In this document: one piece after another, positions 13,829 through 28,100 of the stretch
How positions within the stretch are numbered: the stretch's first letter is position 1
Layout: each line of letters starts with the position of its first letter
NCBI RefSeq assembly: GCF_964355755.1
Contig: NC_092679.1
Span: 24,225,432-24,289,431 of the forward strand
Source: Antedon mediterranea
Taxonomy: Eukaryota; Animalia; Echinodermata
Length of the DNA stretch: 64,000 nt
Direction: 5' to 3'
Notes under the pieces: generated by a model
The model's database searches: none
Told to the model about the DNA's origin: nothing
The model's input: the letters and a program-made list of their open reading frames with translations, nothing else
Program-made: the position numbers and the translations under genes

Positions 13829-16119
13829 CTTTATACAGGAATTTGTTAGTTGGGTATTGTACGAGAGTGACAACTTGTTAAAAATAAGTAAATTTTCGTG
13901 CGTACAGTAGTTATCTACTGATATCTACATGTATTGTTTCATATATAATTCTCATTTAAATCAATATCGACTTGTGCGTGTGTAATAATAAAGCATCATA
14001 TTATTTTCTTGTTTTTTAAATATGTGTGTACAAAATAAATATTAATACACGTTGAAACACATTAATATTCTGAGAGAAACATTACAATAATAATGCTTGG
14101 CCTAGATTAACCTTAATACTTTCTCTCATCAATACGGTTAAAGACTCCTTATAGATGCACCGTCACTCGTCAGCTGTACAATTACCATATAAAATGAATA
14201 CAATTCCTTATTCATGTGCATTTTAAATATCTCGTTTATATTTCTGAAGAGTCCGGTGTATTGGTTAATCTCAAGGACCCTTAGGGTGTTATAGTGCTAA
14301 TAATGAAAATATATAACCATAAATAATAAATGTTTAGATAATAAAACGGAAGTAGGTGGGATCCTAGAAAGATATTGGATCTTGAATTGTGTCTGCCTGA
14401 GACATCGCACAGAAAATTAACAAAAACGACTAATTGCTACGAAAATGAATTCTGGAAAACCCCAACTTACATAAATGTGTTATTAGATTAACACAATTGT
14501 GCCTTAGTTCAAAGGAACACAATTCCTTACAAATAGACCGGAACAAAAACACGAAATGGAAAAACCCATTTATGCATGAGACAACAATAAATAGAATTCT
14601 TAATAAACGCTTCAGAATTAATAAACTCGTGACAGTATTATCCATATTGCACTTTGATTGATAATTGATTGATACATACATTGTAATTTTATCTAATGTA
14701 TGATGATTGTAAATGTTTTGATGGTTTTACAATTTTTCCATGTACACATTTTTTATATGGAACAAATAAAGATTTGATTTGATTTTTGAATTCACGTGTG
14801 AGCATAATGTTATTGTTATCTTTGAAATATATGATATTTTAAACTATTTAAAGATGAAATAAATTTAAACTTAGTCATATCATTGTTTTTGTTTTCTTTA
14901 TAGATTCATTATTGATTAAAAACAAAATAATTGACTCGGTATTAATGAAACATTTATCCTGGATCTCAATTGGACAAGATTCGCCTCAGAAAAAAATCCG
15001 TTTGTATAATGGACTATCTTAATAATTAGAATAACTTGCTTTTTAATCTGAAGTAAACAGAAATATTTCTTAAAAGAGAACCGAAGACACAACAATCTTC
15101 ATTGTGACTGCTTGCACTACCAATGTTATGGAAAACTACTGCTACCGCGTACACAGAAATCATGTGTTTTGTACAGTTAGTTTTAAATGTGCTCTTAAAA
15201 CACATCTTTTTAATTAAGAGTTTGATTAAAACATTTGATTTATTTTATATTGTATGACATTTTTAACATACATTTTAAAATCGTTTTACATTGTTTTTAA
15301 AAGTTTTAATTATTGTAGTATCAATAGTTTCTATTGTCATCATGGATCTTTATGGTATTTGAATTTGCTTTCTAAAGTTGTTTTAATACTTATAATGGTT
15401 TTGTACATGATGTACTTCACCTATGAGCAATCATTGATTGGATATGGCGCATTATAAATTATTTTATTATTTATTATTATAATAATTAGGATAATTATCA
15501 TCCTCAATACTGTTAGCCTATATTTAACCCACTGCCGTGTGAAAATTTCTCCAAGTTGATCTCTCACTCTTTTTGTTTGTGCCTCACAGTGTTTCTTAGT
15601 GACAGCTTTTAAATGATGATAATAAACTTAAACAGTCATTTTATATTTAGATTGGTATATGCCTATTACATTTGCAATTGTTATTTGTGAAATTGTGAAA
15701 TAACTGAAACCGAAACTGAAACATTCGCTACAGCGAAGAGAGATTTCTCACGGTACAGATTTTTTCCTTTGTTAAAAATTCATTGTAGGCCTATTATTTA
15801 GTTACAACCCTGCGTGTTATATTAGTGCACGGTTTGTATAACATTGATTAGAACCTTTTTAATCAATAGATTGCATAATGACTTTAAAAAACAGCTATAA
15901 ACACACATATTTAAAGTAATAACAGGTGATTGCTCTTTTGTTACTTATTTTAAAGAAAAATTATGCTTTGTTAAAGCGTCAGTTCATTGGTTGTAAAAAG
16001 TCAAAATTTCAACATGCTAAATATAATCATTCTGGAAATATTATGTCATTGCAGTGTATGTCGAACAACGCACAAGTTCAAACAAAATATTAAGTACACA
16101 TCTAGTACAAGTATTTTTA

Positions 16120-19100
16120 ATGATGTTTATTTGGTTTATATTTATTCCGTTTGCTCACTACGCTGTATCTGCTCCTCATTCAGGAGGGTAAGGAAAGTCA
16201 TTTTTTATTTACAATCATTCATTTAATTTTCTTGAATTTAAAAGTTATAGGCCTACTTACACTGTGTGTGTTCTTAGATTATAATACTCTCAGGGAGTAA
16301 TCAATTGTATTGATAAATGAGAAAATTCATTACTAAAATAAACTATTTCTTCTTATTGACTCATGAACGAAATGTATATTATCTGTAATTATAATATTAA
16401 CCAATAATGTGATGAAAACTTCCTGAAACCTATGGTTTACATTGAGGCAAAAGGGCATGTATCTACTGACTAACATGTCACCGTAGATTTATTCTGAAGT
16501 TTCATTTGGTGTATAATGAGACTTGGTCTACAACAACATAATCCGGATGCTACCACTCATGCAGGTGTTTCACTATTACCGGTAGAAGAGGCCTATTCTG
16601 ACACCAGAACCAAATCGTGTTTGCTATAAGCCTAAGTGGACTAAAAACACTAAGACAAAAGTCTACATACTATTTAAAAAAAAATATTAATTTGTAGTTA
16701 TTAGATGATAATGTAATGTTTCCTTTATTTATATTTGCTCAAAAACTATACAAAACGATATAATAGCACTCTTTATCCGATTTTTGTTAAAAAAAATAGG
16801 CCTATTGCAATAGAAAAAATAAAGCCCTCTTGACCATGTTATAATAAGGTCTTTCACTGTTTGTATTACCATCCTCCATGTTTTATGATGATTTTATACC
16901 TCAACTTCTGTTTACCATTCCATTCTATTGGCTGTCTCAGGTAGTAGGCAACATGGAATCGGAATCTAACGTAGGCCTACCAATAGTTCAAATGGTATGA
17001 TGTCTGCAATTCCGCGATCAAATCACGGTTTTGGTTTTCCTCATTCTCACTGTTTACAATCCACAAGATATATATATATATATGTAGACTTGGATTTATT
17101 GTGTATTTACCTATAGAGTGCAAAAACACGCTTTATACTTTCTGAATACTTAGTGACAATGTCTGCAGTAGCGCAGTATCTACTCTACATTCACGGCAAG
17201 TGTCTTACTCCGTCTCTCGTCAAACATCATCTCAGACGAAGTGTGGCTTTCTTAGTTGGGGCCGATGCACGGAGTATAGGTAATAACATCTATTTTGCTC
17301 TCACTTGAATCAATTGATTCATTTAATGCCAAGAAAGGATTCAAAATTGATAACAAATGTTGATATGTTTATAAGTGACAGGTGCATTTAAAAGGCATAG
17401 ATAGTGAAACAATAACCCAACTACATAGAGGCTGTTTAACAATACTGAGTACAATACAATTTTATCATCAAAACAATTAATTTTAATAGCCGGCAATATA
17501 GCGTGGCATATCGCAGAGAGTACTACCGTGTATACTCGACAAATTACTTTTGCTGTACGGGTTGGGCCGAAGATGGACAAGGAGGATGTCCAATCGGTAA
17601 GTAAATCTTTGCTACAGCTAATTTTGATAAACAGTTTATAAATAGATTAACAATAGATATTAAATAAATTTATAATGATTTGTTTACAATGCTTATACAG
17701 CCATATGTACAACAAACTGTGGTAGTGGAGGGGAATGCGTTTCTCCAGACGTTTGTTCTTGCTTCTCTGGATTTGAAGGATCACGCTGTAGTAGTAAGTT
17801 ACTTTTAAAATATATGTTACTATTTACTAAAAAAAAAATACACATTACTATTTTGTTATTGTTTTCTTGAAACTTTGTAATTTCTGACTCCATAATTAAT
17901 TAGTAGGCCCCAAAGCATATTAATACCGCACAGTAATGTTAGGACTATTGTTCACAATAATAACATATTACAGAGATTCGTACAGTAAAATCAAATAACG
18001 CTTTATATTGATTTCTAATTTTCTTGATTGAACTAATGTGTGAAGATAATACAATACACACAGCCCTAACAAAAGGTAGGCCTAAATTAAGTAGATTGAA
18101 CCTCATTTTGCACCCCTTGTAAGTGGATTCCCATAACGGAAAAATTTCTAAAAACATCTCTTAAACTAATACGGCCAGTTTTATTTTGCAGTAAGCCTAC
18201 ATTATGATTTTATGTGTGTTAATTTACCTCCAGTAAGCGGTAAACAAGTGTTTAGTGTACGCTTGGGAGAAGTTTAAACTGTATTTCTTTATAATTACAG
18301 ACATTAATGAATGTTTAGAAAACAATGGAGGGTGTCAGCAAAGTTGTATTGATACCCTAGGAAGCTTTTATTGTCAATGTTACACTGGCTACGTAGAGGC
18401 AAACAACGAATGCATAGGTAGCCTAACATATATATTCAAACTATAAGATAACATGTTCTTCTATGTTTCATCATTCTGACATAATTTGTTGGGTTCCCAA
18501 AAAAGAGAGGTTATTTTCCATGTTTTTTACAGTAAACTTTTAAACATAAGTTTCTAGCATACTATTCATTCATTTATAAACAACAAATGTATCAAGGAAT
18601 TCATAATCAGGTAATAGAAAAACCTGTTTTAAATACAAAAAAAGTGTTAGTTTTGTGAAAAGAAATAAGATTGATATCCATTGCTTTGAATGAAGTAATT
18701 GTTGGAGAATAATTAACATAAGTTGGTAAGTTATTCCATATTTTAGTGCCATATTTTAACATCAGTTTCACTTGTCTGTATTAGCTACGTGCAATTTGCC
18801 ATGTATTCACGGAGAGTGTACATCACCAGATTATTGTGATTGTGAAACTAATTATGTGGGGTCAACTTGTGACGATTGTAAGTATTTTTGCTGACTTTAT
18901 GTTACACAAACAACCTTTGTGTTCTCTTCTTTATTGTATCAAACAAAAAACAATTTAATACAAAAGGTAGCCAAGATATAGCCGAAGCTAATCAAGCTTG
19001 GTACCTTTTATCGTAACTAACTTAAGCTACGAAATCAACAAATAAATAACAGAACTTAAAAGAAAATAAAAATTTGATAACGTCAAAAACAAAACAAAAA

Positions 19101-22100
19101 ATGTTGAATAATAAATAAATAACATAACATAAAGTGCTGTATGTACTATACTGTTCAATAGATAATATCTGATGAATTAACAATATATAAAAACATTGTA
19201 AATTATAGATTATTCTTTTATATACTTAGATAAAAGTAATTCTTTAAGTTGTTTAGAGAAAGCAAATCTAGATGTAATTGTTCGTAATTCTAAAGGTAAA
19301 TCATTCCAAATAACAGCACCAGAAAAAGAAATTCTAAATCGTCCACAATTAATACGACAAGGGGGAATGGCTAAATTAAAATAATGATTAATTCTTGTAT
19401 TATATGCATGATCAGTAGTTTCAAAATAATCAGATAAACTATGAGGTAATCTATTATTAAATAGATCAGAAACAAATTTAGAAACACATAAGGTATATAG
19501 TTTATTTATATCTAATATTTTAAGTAAATGAAATAAAGGCAATGAATGTGTTCCAAACTTAGAAAAAGTCATACACCTGACACACATTTTTTGTGTAACT
19601 AAAAGGGGTTTTAAATACGAATCATATGTGCTACCCCATATCTCAATACCATACATTAGATGTGGCTGAATAAAAGCATTATAAAGCAAGATTAAAGTGT
19701 TCCGAGGGATATAGTGCCGTAATTTAAATAAAATACCAACCCGCTTCCTTAATTTATTGTTCAAATCAACAATGTGGTCTTTGAATGAAAGAAATTTATC
19801 CAAAATAATACCAACAAAAGAAATCGTATCCGTTTCAGAAATCTTATTATTATTTATCTTGATAGAGCCATTGATACTAATATTTTTATTTCTTGAACGA
19901 AAAACAATAAACTTTGTTTTGTCAGTATTAATTGTTAATTTATTGGCATTACACCAATTAATTACTTTTTGAAATTGTATGTTAATTTCGTCAAGATTTA
20001 ACATATTTCCAGATAAAGGTTTAAATAGGTTGGAATCATCAGCAAAAAGTCTAAAATCAAAAAAATCAGTAGAATTTGGCAAATCATTAATATAAATTAA
20101 AAACAAAATGACACCGAGCACCGATCCCTGGGGAACACCACAATTGATGGGCAATCTATCTGATATAAAGTTTCCTGAAGACACAAACTGAAATCTGTTA
20201 CTAAGATAATTAGAAATCCACTGTAGAGGATTACCTCTTACTCCGTAGTAATTTAGTTTAGAAATTCCGCTCATGTGTAAAAATACATTTATTTGTTACA
20301 CTATTGCAATATCGAAATTGTATTTAGTTGATGAATGTACAGCAACAGTGAATGGTGGATGTGCCCAGATATGCAATAACCTCTTCGGCGGATATCAGTG
20401 CGAATGCTTACCGGGACATGTCCTTTCAAATCTAACAGAATGTATAGGTAAGTAGATTTTTATGAAGTATTGTGGAAGGAAAAGTCTTTTATATTTAAAT
20501 TCTGTATTGCCTAAAAAATTTCAGTTAAGTATTCTTTTTGTAAATCTTTGTTTTGGCCTTTTTTTCTGGTCTCAAACTTGATAGATAGGCTTAAAGATGA
20601 TAAATAGTTTTGCTCGCAGTTTGTAAATTTGTAATTGTATATTCTTTATTTTTTTTAATGCATTTATGTATATATATATATATATATATTTTTATATTTT
20701 CTTTATAGCGTTGTGCGAACCTACGTGTGAGAACGGCGGACAATGTGTAGGAGTTAACGACTGTGATTGTCTCAATACCTACACAGGTGACAGATGCCAA
20801 TATGGTTAGTGTAGCCTTAGTTAAAGTAAAAAATAAACCAAACTATACAAATACACCTGCTATGCGCTCTTTCTAAAACTTTGCAGGAGAGATTTGTAAA
20901 GGAAAATAATTTTACCTAAATAAGAATCTTTCTGGAATAATAATTATTACACTCAACGCTTTCTTAATTTTTAATTAAATAAAAAGTACATAAACATAAG
21001 TTAAGAAATATACCTTTTCTTACGTGTTTGAAATGTCTATTAGCAAAATAGATTGATGATACAACCAGTGTTGCAATGCAATACAAAAATAATTATAATT
21101 GAATATAAAACAAGCATAACTCACAATTCTTTTTGACAGACGTCAATGAATGTGAAGTGAATAATGGCGGATGTGACCATTCTTGTGAGAACTTACCTGG
21201 ATCATTTAGATGCCACTGTTTAGATGGATTCTCCGGAACTAGTACTTGTACAGGTGAAAATATATTAAATCCTAACTAAGTTATTGACATAATCATAGTG
21301 TGTTTTTCATTCAGCCTCTTTAAATGATCACCTTCCTTCATGTTATCTTCTGATGTAGCCTACGAAAGAAAAAAAAACCAACATTAGCTTACATATCATT
21401 ATCATATCATTGTCATTGTCATTTATTTCGCCTGAAAAAAAAACCAAAATGTAAAATAATGAGGCAGGATTACGAAAATGTTTACAAGAAAAAAAAGAAA
21501 TTAATAATAACAGTCTCCACATTGCGATACACGTAGAAATATTAAATTTATATAAATATAGGCCTACATATTATGCAGTCAACAGGTTGATGCAAGCGTT
21601 TCATCGGCAATTTCCAATCAGTTTTGCGATTCATCATCATTCAGAATTCAATGAATTATAAAATATTATTTTTTTTAAAAAATAGATATTGATGAATGTA
21701 CCTTTGCAAATTGTCACAATTGTACCAATTACCAGGGAAGTTTCGAGTGTCTATGCAAAATTGGATATGAAGCCTACGATTTATACAACTGTGAAGGTAA
21801 ATTAAACAATATAAAAGTGTATTAACTACAGACAGTAGCCTAATATTTTTTAGAAATAACATTAACTTAACTTAAATGTAATCACAACATTAAATCGAAT
21901 ACAGAATTACTTTAAAAAAAAAAAAAAAGAAAATACCAGATCCTATCTTCATTGACAAAAAAAAAACCGAATTTGATAGTAATTGATCTTAACAATCTAC
22001 CACGCAAATAATAAAATAACACCTGGTTTTCTCTGAACGAATATACTCGCACAGATAGAAAGCGTTGGTTTCTGCGCATGCGTATTCAGTTTACATACTA

Positions 22101-25100
22101 TTTGTGATGAAAAGAAAAAACACAGACATGTTTGATTCACTTAGTACTGAAAAAAAGGTCTTAATATCTGAAAAAATGTAATGTTTTTTAAGATGTTAAT
22201 GAGTGTGAAGGTGGCGTCGATGGATGTGGCCAACTGTGTTTAAACTCAATCGGTAGCTTCAGATGTGATTGCAATGACGGATGGACACTTCAACCTGATG
22301 GAAAAGGATGTACAGGTGTGTTTTGATTTCGTTCATCATATTACGATTATGATTTAAATAATAATTTAATAATAATTTTTGTTCAACTAATTATTTCATA
22401 TAAAATCACATTGTTATATAAAAAAAATCGTTATCGTTTAAAGCCAATCCATGTGTTGAAATCGGTGTACCGTTCATGGGGAATCGAAGCTGTACTGGAT
22501 TTACAACAGGGGAATTGTGTACATTCGAATGTGAAACGAGTCATCGTCTGGAAGGTACTCAAGTCAGACACTGTCTATCAAACGGTGTTTGGAGTGGTCA
22601 AACTACTAAATGTGAAGGTTTGTTTTCTACATTTTATGTAATATAAATTATTTGTCTTGGTGCCACAGTGCAAAATTATGGCAATCGGAACTTGGCCGCT
22701 AACGTTTCACGAGTCCCCATGTATTCCAAATATAGCTCTGTCCAAAAACGTATCCTATATTAAACGGATGTTCACTAACCCCACACCAACTGTAAGGAGA
22801 GATCCAACTAATGCACGGCAAGTGATACGTACTAAACCCATAAAATTGAATAATAAATAATAATGTAATATAATAGGTCAGTATGTAATATGTATTATAG
22901 AGATTATATGTCCTGAAGTGCCATCGCCGGTTAATGGATACATTCATTTTCCATGTGAAAATAAAATTGGGGATCGCTGTAGATTTGGGTGTGATTTAGG
23001 ATTCTACTTAGAAGGTGATACTGTAACACAGTGTTTATTCGCTGGAGTTTGGAACATCACATTTCCAGTATGTAAAGGTGAGCAATTATCTACTGTACTT
23101 TAAATAATTATATTATTTTGTAAGCATATACTTTGTCACGTCCTAAAATTCAGCCGGCCCTAAAAAAGCAGTTTGTGGCTATATCACGGCTGGTGATATC
23201 AAATAAAAAGTTGAATTAAAAGTTTTTGTATAATGCATTTTTTAAATAGAAATACAAGCATGTACGCCTTCCCCATGTTTAAATAATGGTGTTTGCCAAG
23301 TATCACATCATGATATCAGGAGTTATACATGCGACTGCTCTAAAAGTGGCTATGTAAGAAACAACTGTGAGAAAAGATTTGTAACAACACCTGATTGGCC
23401 TGAGATTTGGGTAGGAGAAATTTATAATTTAACATTTTTTGCGAAGACGGAGAAAACCCTTCTATTATCAATTGAACTGGATTCCAAAAACGTGCAAATT
23501 GAACCATCGAACCTTCTCTTTACTGAGAAAATAAACAAACATTATGTTTCTATTAGAGGAATTGGTCAAGGATTCACAAGGATATCATACATTCTGAGAC
23601 ATGATGAATCACATAGTTTTACTACACCAGATGACGACGAAATATTTGTGTTTCAGAACCATTCTCAGATAAATTCAGAAATATTTACACCGGGGTACCA
23701 ACTACCTTCGGGTTGTTTTCTACTATTAGATCAGTCTGTATGTACACATTTTATTTCTACCGAGGAGTGGAAGACAGTTACTGGTAAAAGTAATGGAATT
23801 ACGTCTTTGGCAACAGAAACATTTGAGCTTCCCCTAAATCTCATTGGACACGCAATCGGAAGAAGCAGCAAGACCACAACAAAATTACTCAGCAATTGTC
23901 ACAGTGAAGAAATAACACTAGATGATATCCAGGCCTTTGTTCATTTTAACTCATTGTATCGCAATTACACACGTCAACTAGAACACGTTTTGCCGGAATG
24001 GATGACGTTTATATCTCTTAACATTGATCCTCGTAATGCTGATACATCATTTTCTACGTTGAGTCTGAGTGGCTCTGATGTACAATCAATCGGCTGGTGT
24101 TCCAATGCACCCGTTACAAAAGATGGCATGTACTCTGTTTATTTACTCTACAAAACACAACTTACATTAGGAGGCAGACGTGTTTCTTTGCCAAAACCAC
24201 CTTTTAAACGAAAGTATTGCTTTATAGTGGGCATATGTGAAATAACTTCTGGAACAGTGGTATTAGTTTTTCCTGAAGGTTCAAGAGATATTTTAAGTCA
24301 CATTGACGGTCTGGATCACAAACGTTCACTTGAGGTGAATGTCAATTATCTTGCGTTTTCTAAAACTAATATGCTTAATTCAAATATCAATGACAAGAGC
24401 AACATTAGCATTTTGGCCAATCTTCAATATTCTTACTATATCAACAACACAGTTTCTGCAAAGATCGAAGGTAGCGGCGATCTTCAAGTTTCTCTCGAAA
24501 ATGTAAATCAGGTGAGCATATTGTGTTCATTTAAAAGATGTATATTGTAATATTTAAAATATTTCTATTTCAGAAATAACCAAGCAAGTATACCGGTATG
24601 TTGTATTATTTTTTCTTATAGTTATTCAGTCATCTGTTTATACAACGTTGGGTTTTCAAACAATTTGGAAATTCCAAAATAAGCCTCTTCTGGAAAATGT
24701 TAGGAGAAAACATTGAGTTGCCTTTCATTTCCAAACAACAAGACCTGCTACCAACTTTGAATGCTACCGTAGGTGGTAAGTATTTGTTCGGTATGAGATA
24801 AATCATAACCACTAAAGTGCATTAAGGTCATAAAAATAGATATAAACTTCAAGCAACCAATAGCGTCTTACAAATAAGATCACAACATTGATGCTGTATG
24901 TTCCTGAGTTCTAGGCTAAATAGCATTTTTAAATGTATAATAACAACTAGATGGTGCGCTCGCTTACCTTTTTAGTAAGTATAAACCGCCGTAAAGTCCG
25001 AAAGTAACCTCGGCAAATCGAATTCGGAAGCAAGTGAGCGAGTTTTAAGCGTGTCGTAGATACGAAATGGAAAGGTTTCGATTGAAACATTTAGTCGTTC

Positions 25101-28100
25101 TGCATTGTGTTCGCATATCTTATTATTAAGCATGATTGTTTGCCATATACGATAATGTGGTCACTGTTTAAAACTAATAAAATTGTGAATAAAGAAATAT
25201 AATTATGTTTTATTCATTTATATTATTATATTTGTAGAAATAATACGTGATTTAATATTTTAAATTAGAAAATTAAATGTATGATATATTTTTTAATTCA
25301 TAAAACCTAACTAGAAAATTGTTCTAAAGATGCATTGGTTTACTCCTTATATTAGGTTATCCTGTTGGTGAACATTCGTTGGATCGAGGCATATTAATGG
25401 AATCGACAACGTCATTGGGTGTTTTCGACAACACACCATTTTCCTGGTTGCTTAAGACGAGCAACAGTTCAGTAAATGTCTTTCTAGATTATGACTTGAC
25501 ACCAATTCTATACACTCAATCTGATCTTAATACCTTAACAGACATTATACAAGCTCTTGAAAACAAACGAAGTGACCTAGATGATTTAGTTGAACAGCTC
25601 AATGTGATTAAATATAGAAATCTGTACTCAAATACAAAATCTGCTCTCAATTTATTACAAAAAAGCCTGAAAAAATACCATGCAGCAAAATTTCAAGAAG
25701 TGAGAACAATTAGCGACTCTTTACATGATTTACGTATACAGAATAAACTGGCATTGAACAGCCTTTGGTCGGTTATTGACACGCTCTCCGGTGATGCTAG
25801 TTTACAAATAGAGTTTCAGAGTGTCACAACTCGCTTTGAGAAGCTCAGCAATCAGGTTCTTTTTGAAGTGCAAGATATTTTTGCTCACGAAAGTACATCA
25901 GAGTCAGGATTTTACATGAATTCCGAGGTCTGTTTATCACCACACCTTTGTTTTCCGTCATTGGAAGTCAAAATCTTAAACTCATATAAGAATTGTCCAG
26001 GCCAAATTGAATCAATTTATTTAAATACGTCAAACGTCTGCTTGACAGGTGAATACAATTCAAACAAAAAGCTCAATAGATTTATTAGTATTCCTGCAGA
26101 ATCAACGTTTAGCTTAGTATTAGAATCATTTAACAACCACTGGCAAGGTAATACCCCAGTGCTTATAAATATTCTTGGTATAGAACAAGTAACGACTATG
26201 CGATTAGAAATGACGAAAATGTACTTCAGTTTTTCTGGAAAACTTTGGGATTTATTCGATATGCAAGCAAACGCCAGTTCTGACCTGAGGTCGTTGGAAT
26301 CGATGGTACTAAATGTAAATGGAGAAATTTCAGTTGAAGGTTCATTGACATTAGGAAGGATCCTCAAGGACAAAATTATTTTTCTATCACAGAAATCAGT
26401 TGATGACAGTGAACGAAGAATTAGTCAAGCTGTTAAATCTGTTGAAAAAGCCGCATTAAACTTCCGTGATGTTTCAGAAGAAGCAGCTCTAAAAGATGAA
26501 CATGTTGCTGAGGCTAAAACTAAATATGTGTCTGCTGAGAACGAATTTCTAGCAGCAAAAACTGCGGTTGAGATAGTGCGTCAGTCTCTGGAAAATGCCC
26601 ACTACGAAACGAAAGAGATTGAGAAATACTTGAATAATGTATGTGAAGTTTATGAGTGCAATGGTGTTTGTCTACCAGGAAGTAAAATTGTTACTATCAA
26701 AGAAGATGTTTTTGGACTTGTATCATACAAATGCTGTGCTGGTAAAACTGAAACAACAGTCATTAATGAGACAACCAGCTGTTGTTGGACTTGCTATGTA
26801 CCAACCCCAGTTAATTCCTTCGGGTTTAACCCATTTAAGCTAATTATTGGAGTTTACAAAGTTGCCACTGGTAGCTGGCTTAATGGTGTAACAGAGATTA
26901 TCGAATCTATAGGAAATAACAAACGACTGTCCTATTCAGAAGGTGTGTGCTGCAAAGAGTGTAAAAGGCCAGTTGAAATAACAGTTATGTTTGACTCGTG
27001 TAGTACATGTGTCAGAAATGAGGTCATAGGTCAAATTGAGAAACTTCAAATAGAAGAAGTTCCTTGCAGTGTACAGATACCTGACGCCAATTGTGTAAAG
27101 AATAACGAAGAATGTCGAAAGTTGCGAAGTTAGTTATTTGATCAGTTTAGAAAAACAACATTTGACTTAGCTGCTCCAATTAAAGAGTTTGATAATGCTG
27201 TTGTACGTGCATCAGTTGCAGAAGCAGCATTCAACAAAGCACTTATCGAACTAGACGATGCAATGAACCAAGAAAAAGAGGTATTAGAAAGAGTTGTGAT
27301 AACACAGAACCATCTCAACAATACTCAGGATGCATTGGATAAACTTTCTACAGATTTCGGAGCAGCGTTGGCTATAAGAGAACACCAAATCAATGGATCA
27401 CTAGAAGAAAGTTTACAGTTAAACGGACTAACTTTTAACATTGATCTTGTCGGAAAAGATACTTCTGTGATTCCAATAGTCTGTGACATGACATTGTCGT
27501 CTTTTCCTGTACTGATTCAAATATTCATTGATTTCAACAATTTAAATTATACAGTTGACAATGCAGCGCTTTTTATAACAGAAGAACTGTTCGGCGATAC
27601 AACCAGATTGATTAGACGAAATGAGATACCCCGTAAAAAACTGGATATAATAAATGGAATAATTACACAACCACCCTTTGAAACTGTCGTTTATAATATA
27701 ATCAACAACACCAATCTGAATATAACCAGAAACCTGTTACGAGATCAAAATATTGTTCAGAATGATGAGAGATGTCAAGAATTTGATGATATACTAGGTT
27801 TTGTCGAATTTTCATTTCAAACACTACTCGAAATTGTAAATATCAGTAAAATTGGTTCTATAAAAGCAATACAAAAAGAAGAAAAGTTTCAAAATCAATA
27901 CTTGTACAATTTATCTCTATTTATTTCACCAGCTGTTACAAATTACAGTTCAACATTACTCTATTTCAACTTAACTATGGATGACTTGAACAAATCTAAT
28001 GCTGGTGATGGAGTTGAGGAAAATGCGTTAACGAAAGTTATTGATTCTGCAAAGATGAAAACAAACAACACACAATCATTACTTGATGTTGATGTTCTTA

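Noticed and set aside
27131-27133. Selenocysteine or pyrrolysine recoding of the internal stop
   Set aside because: Sec uses TGA, not TAG, and pyrrolysine is not known in animals.
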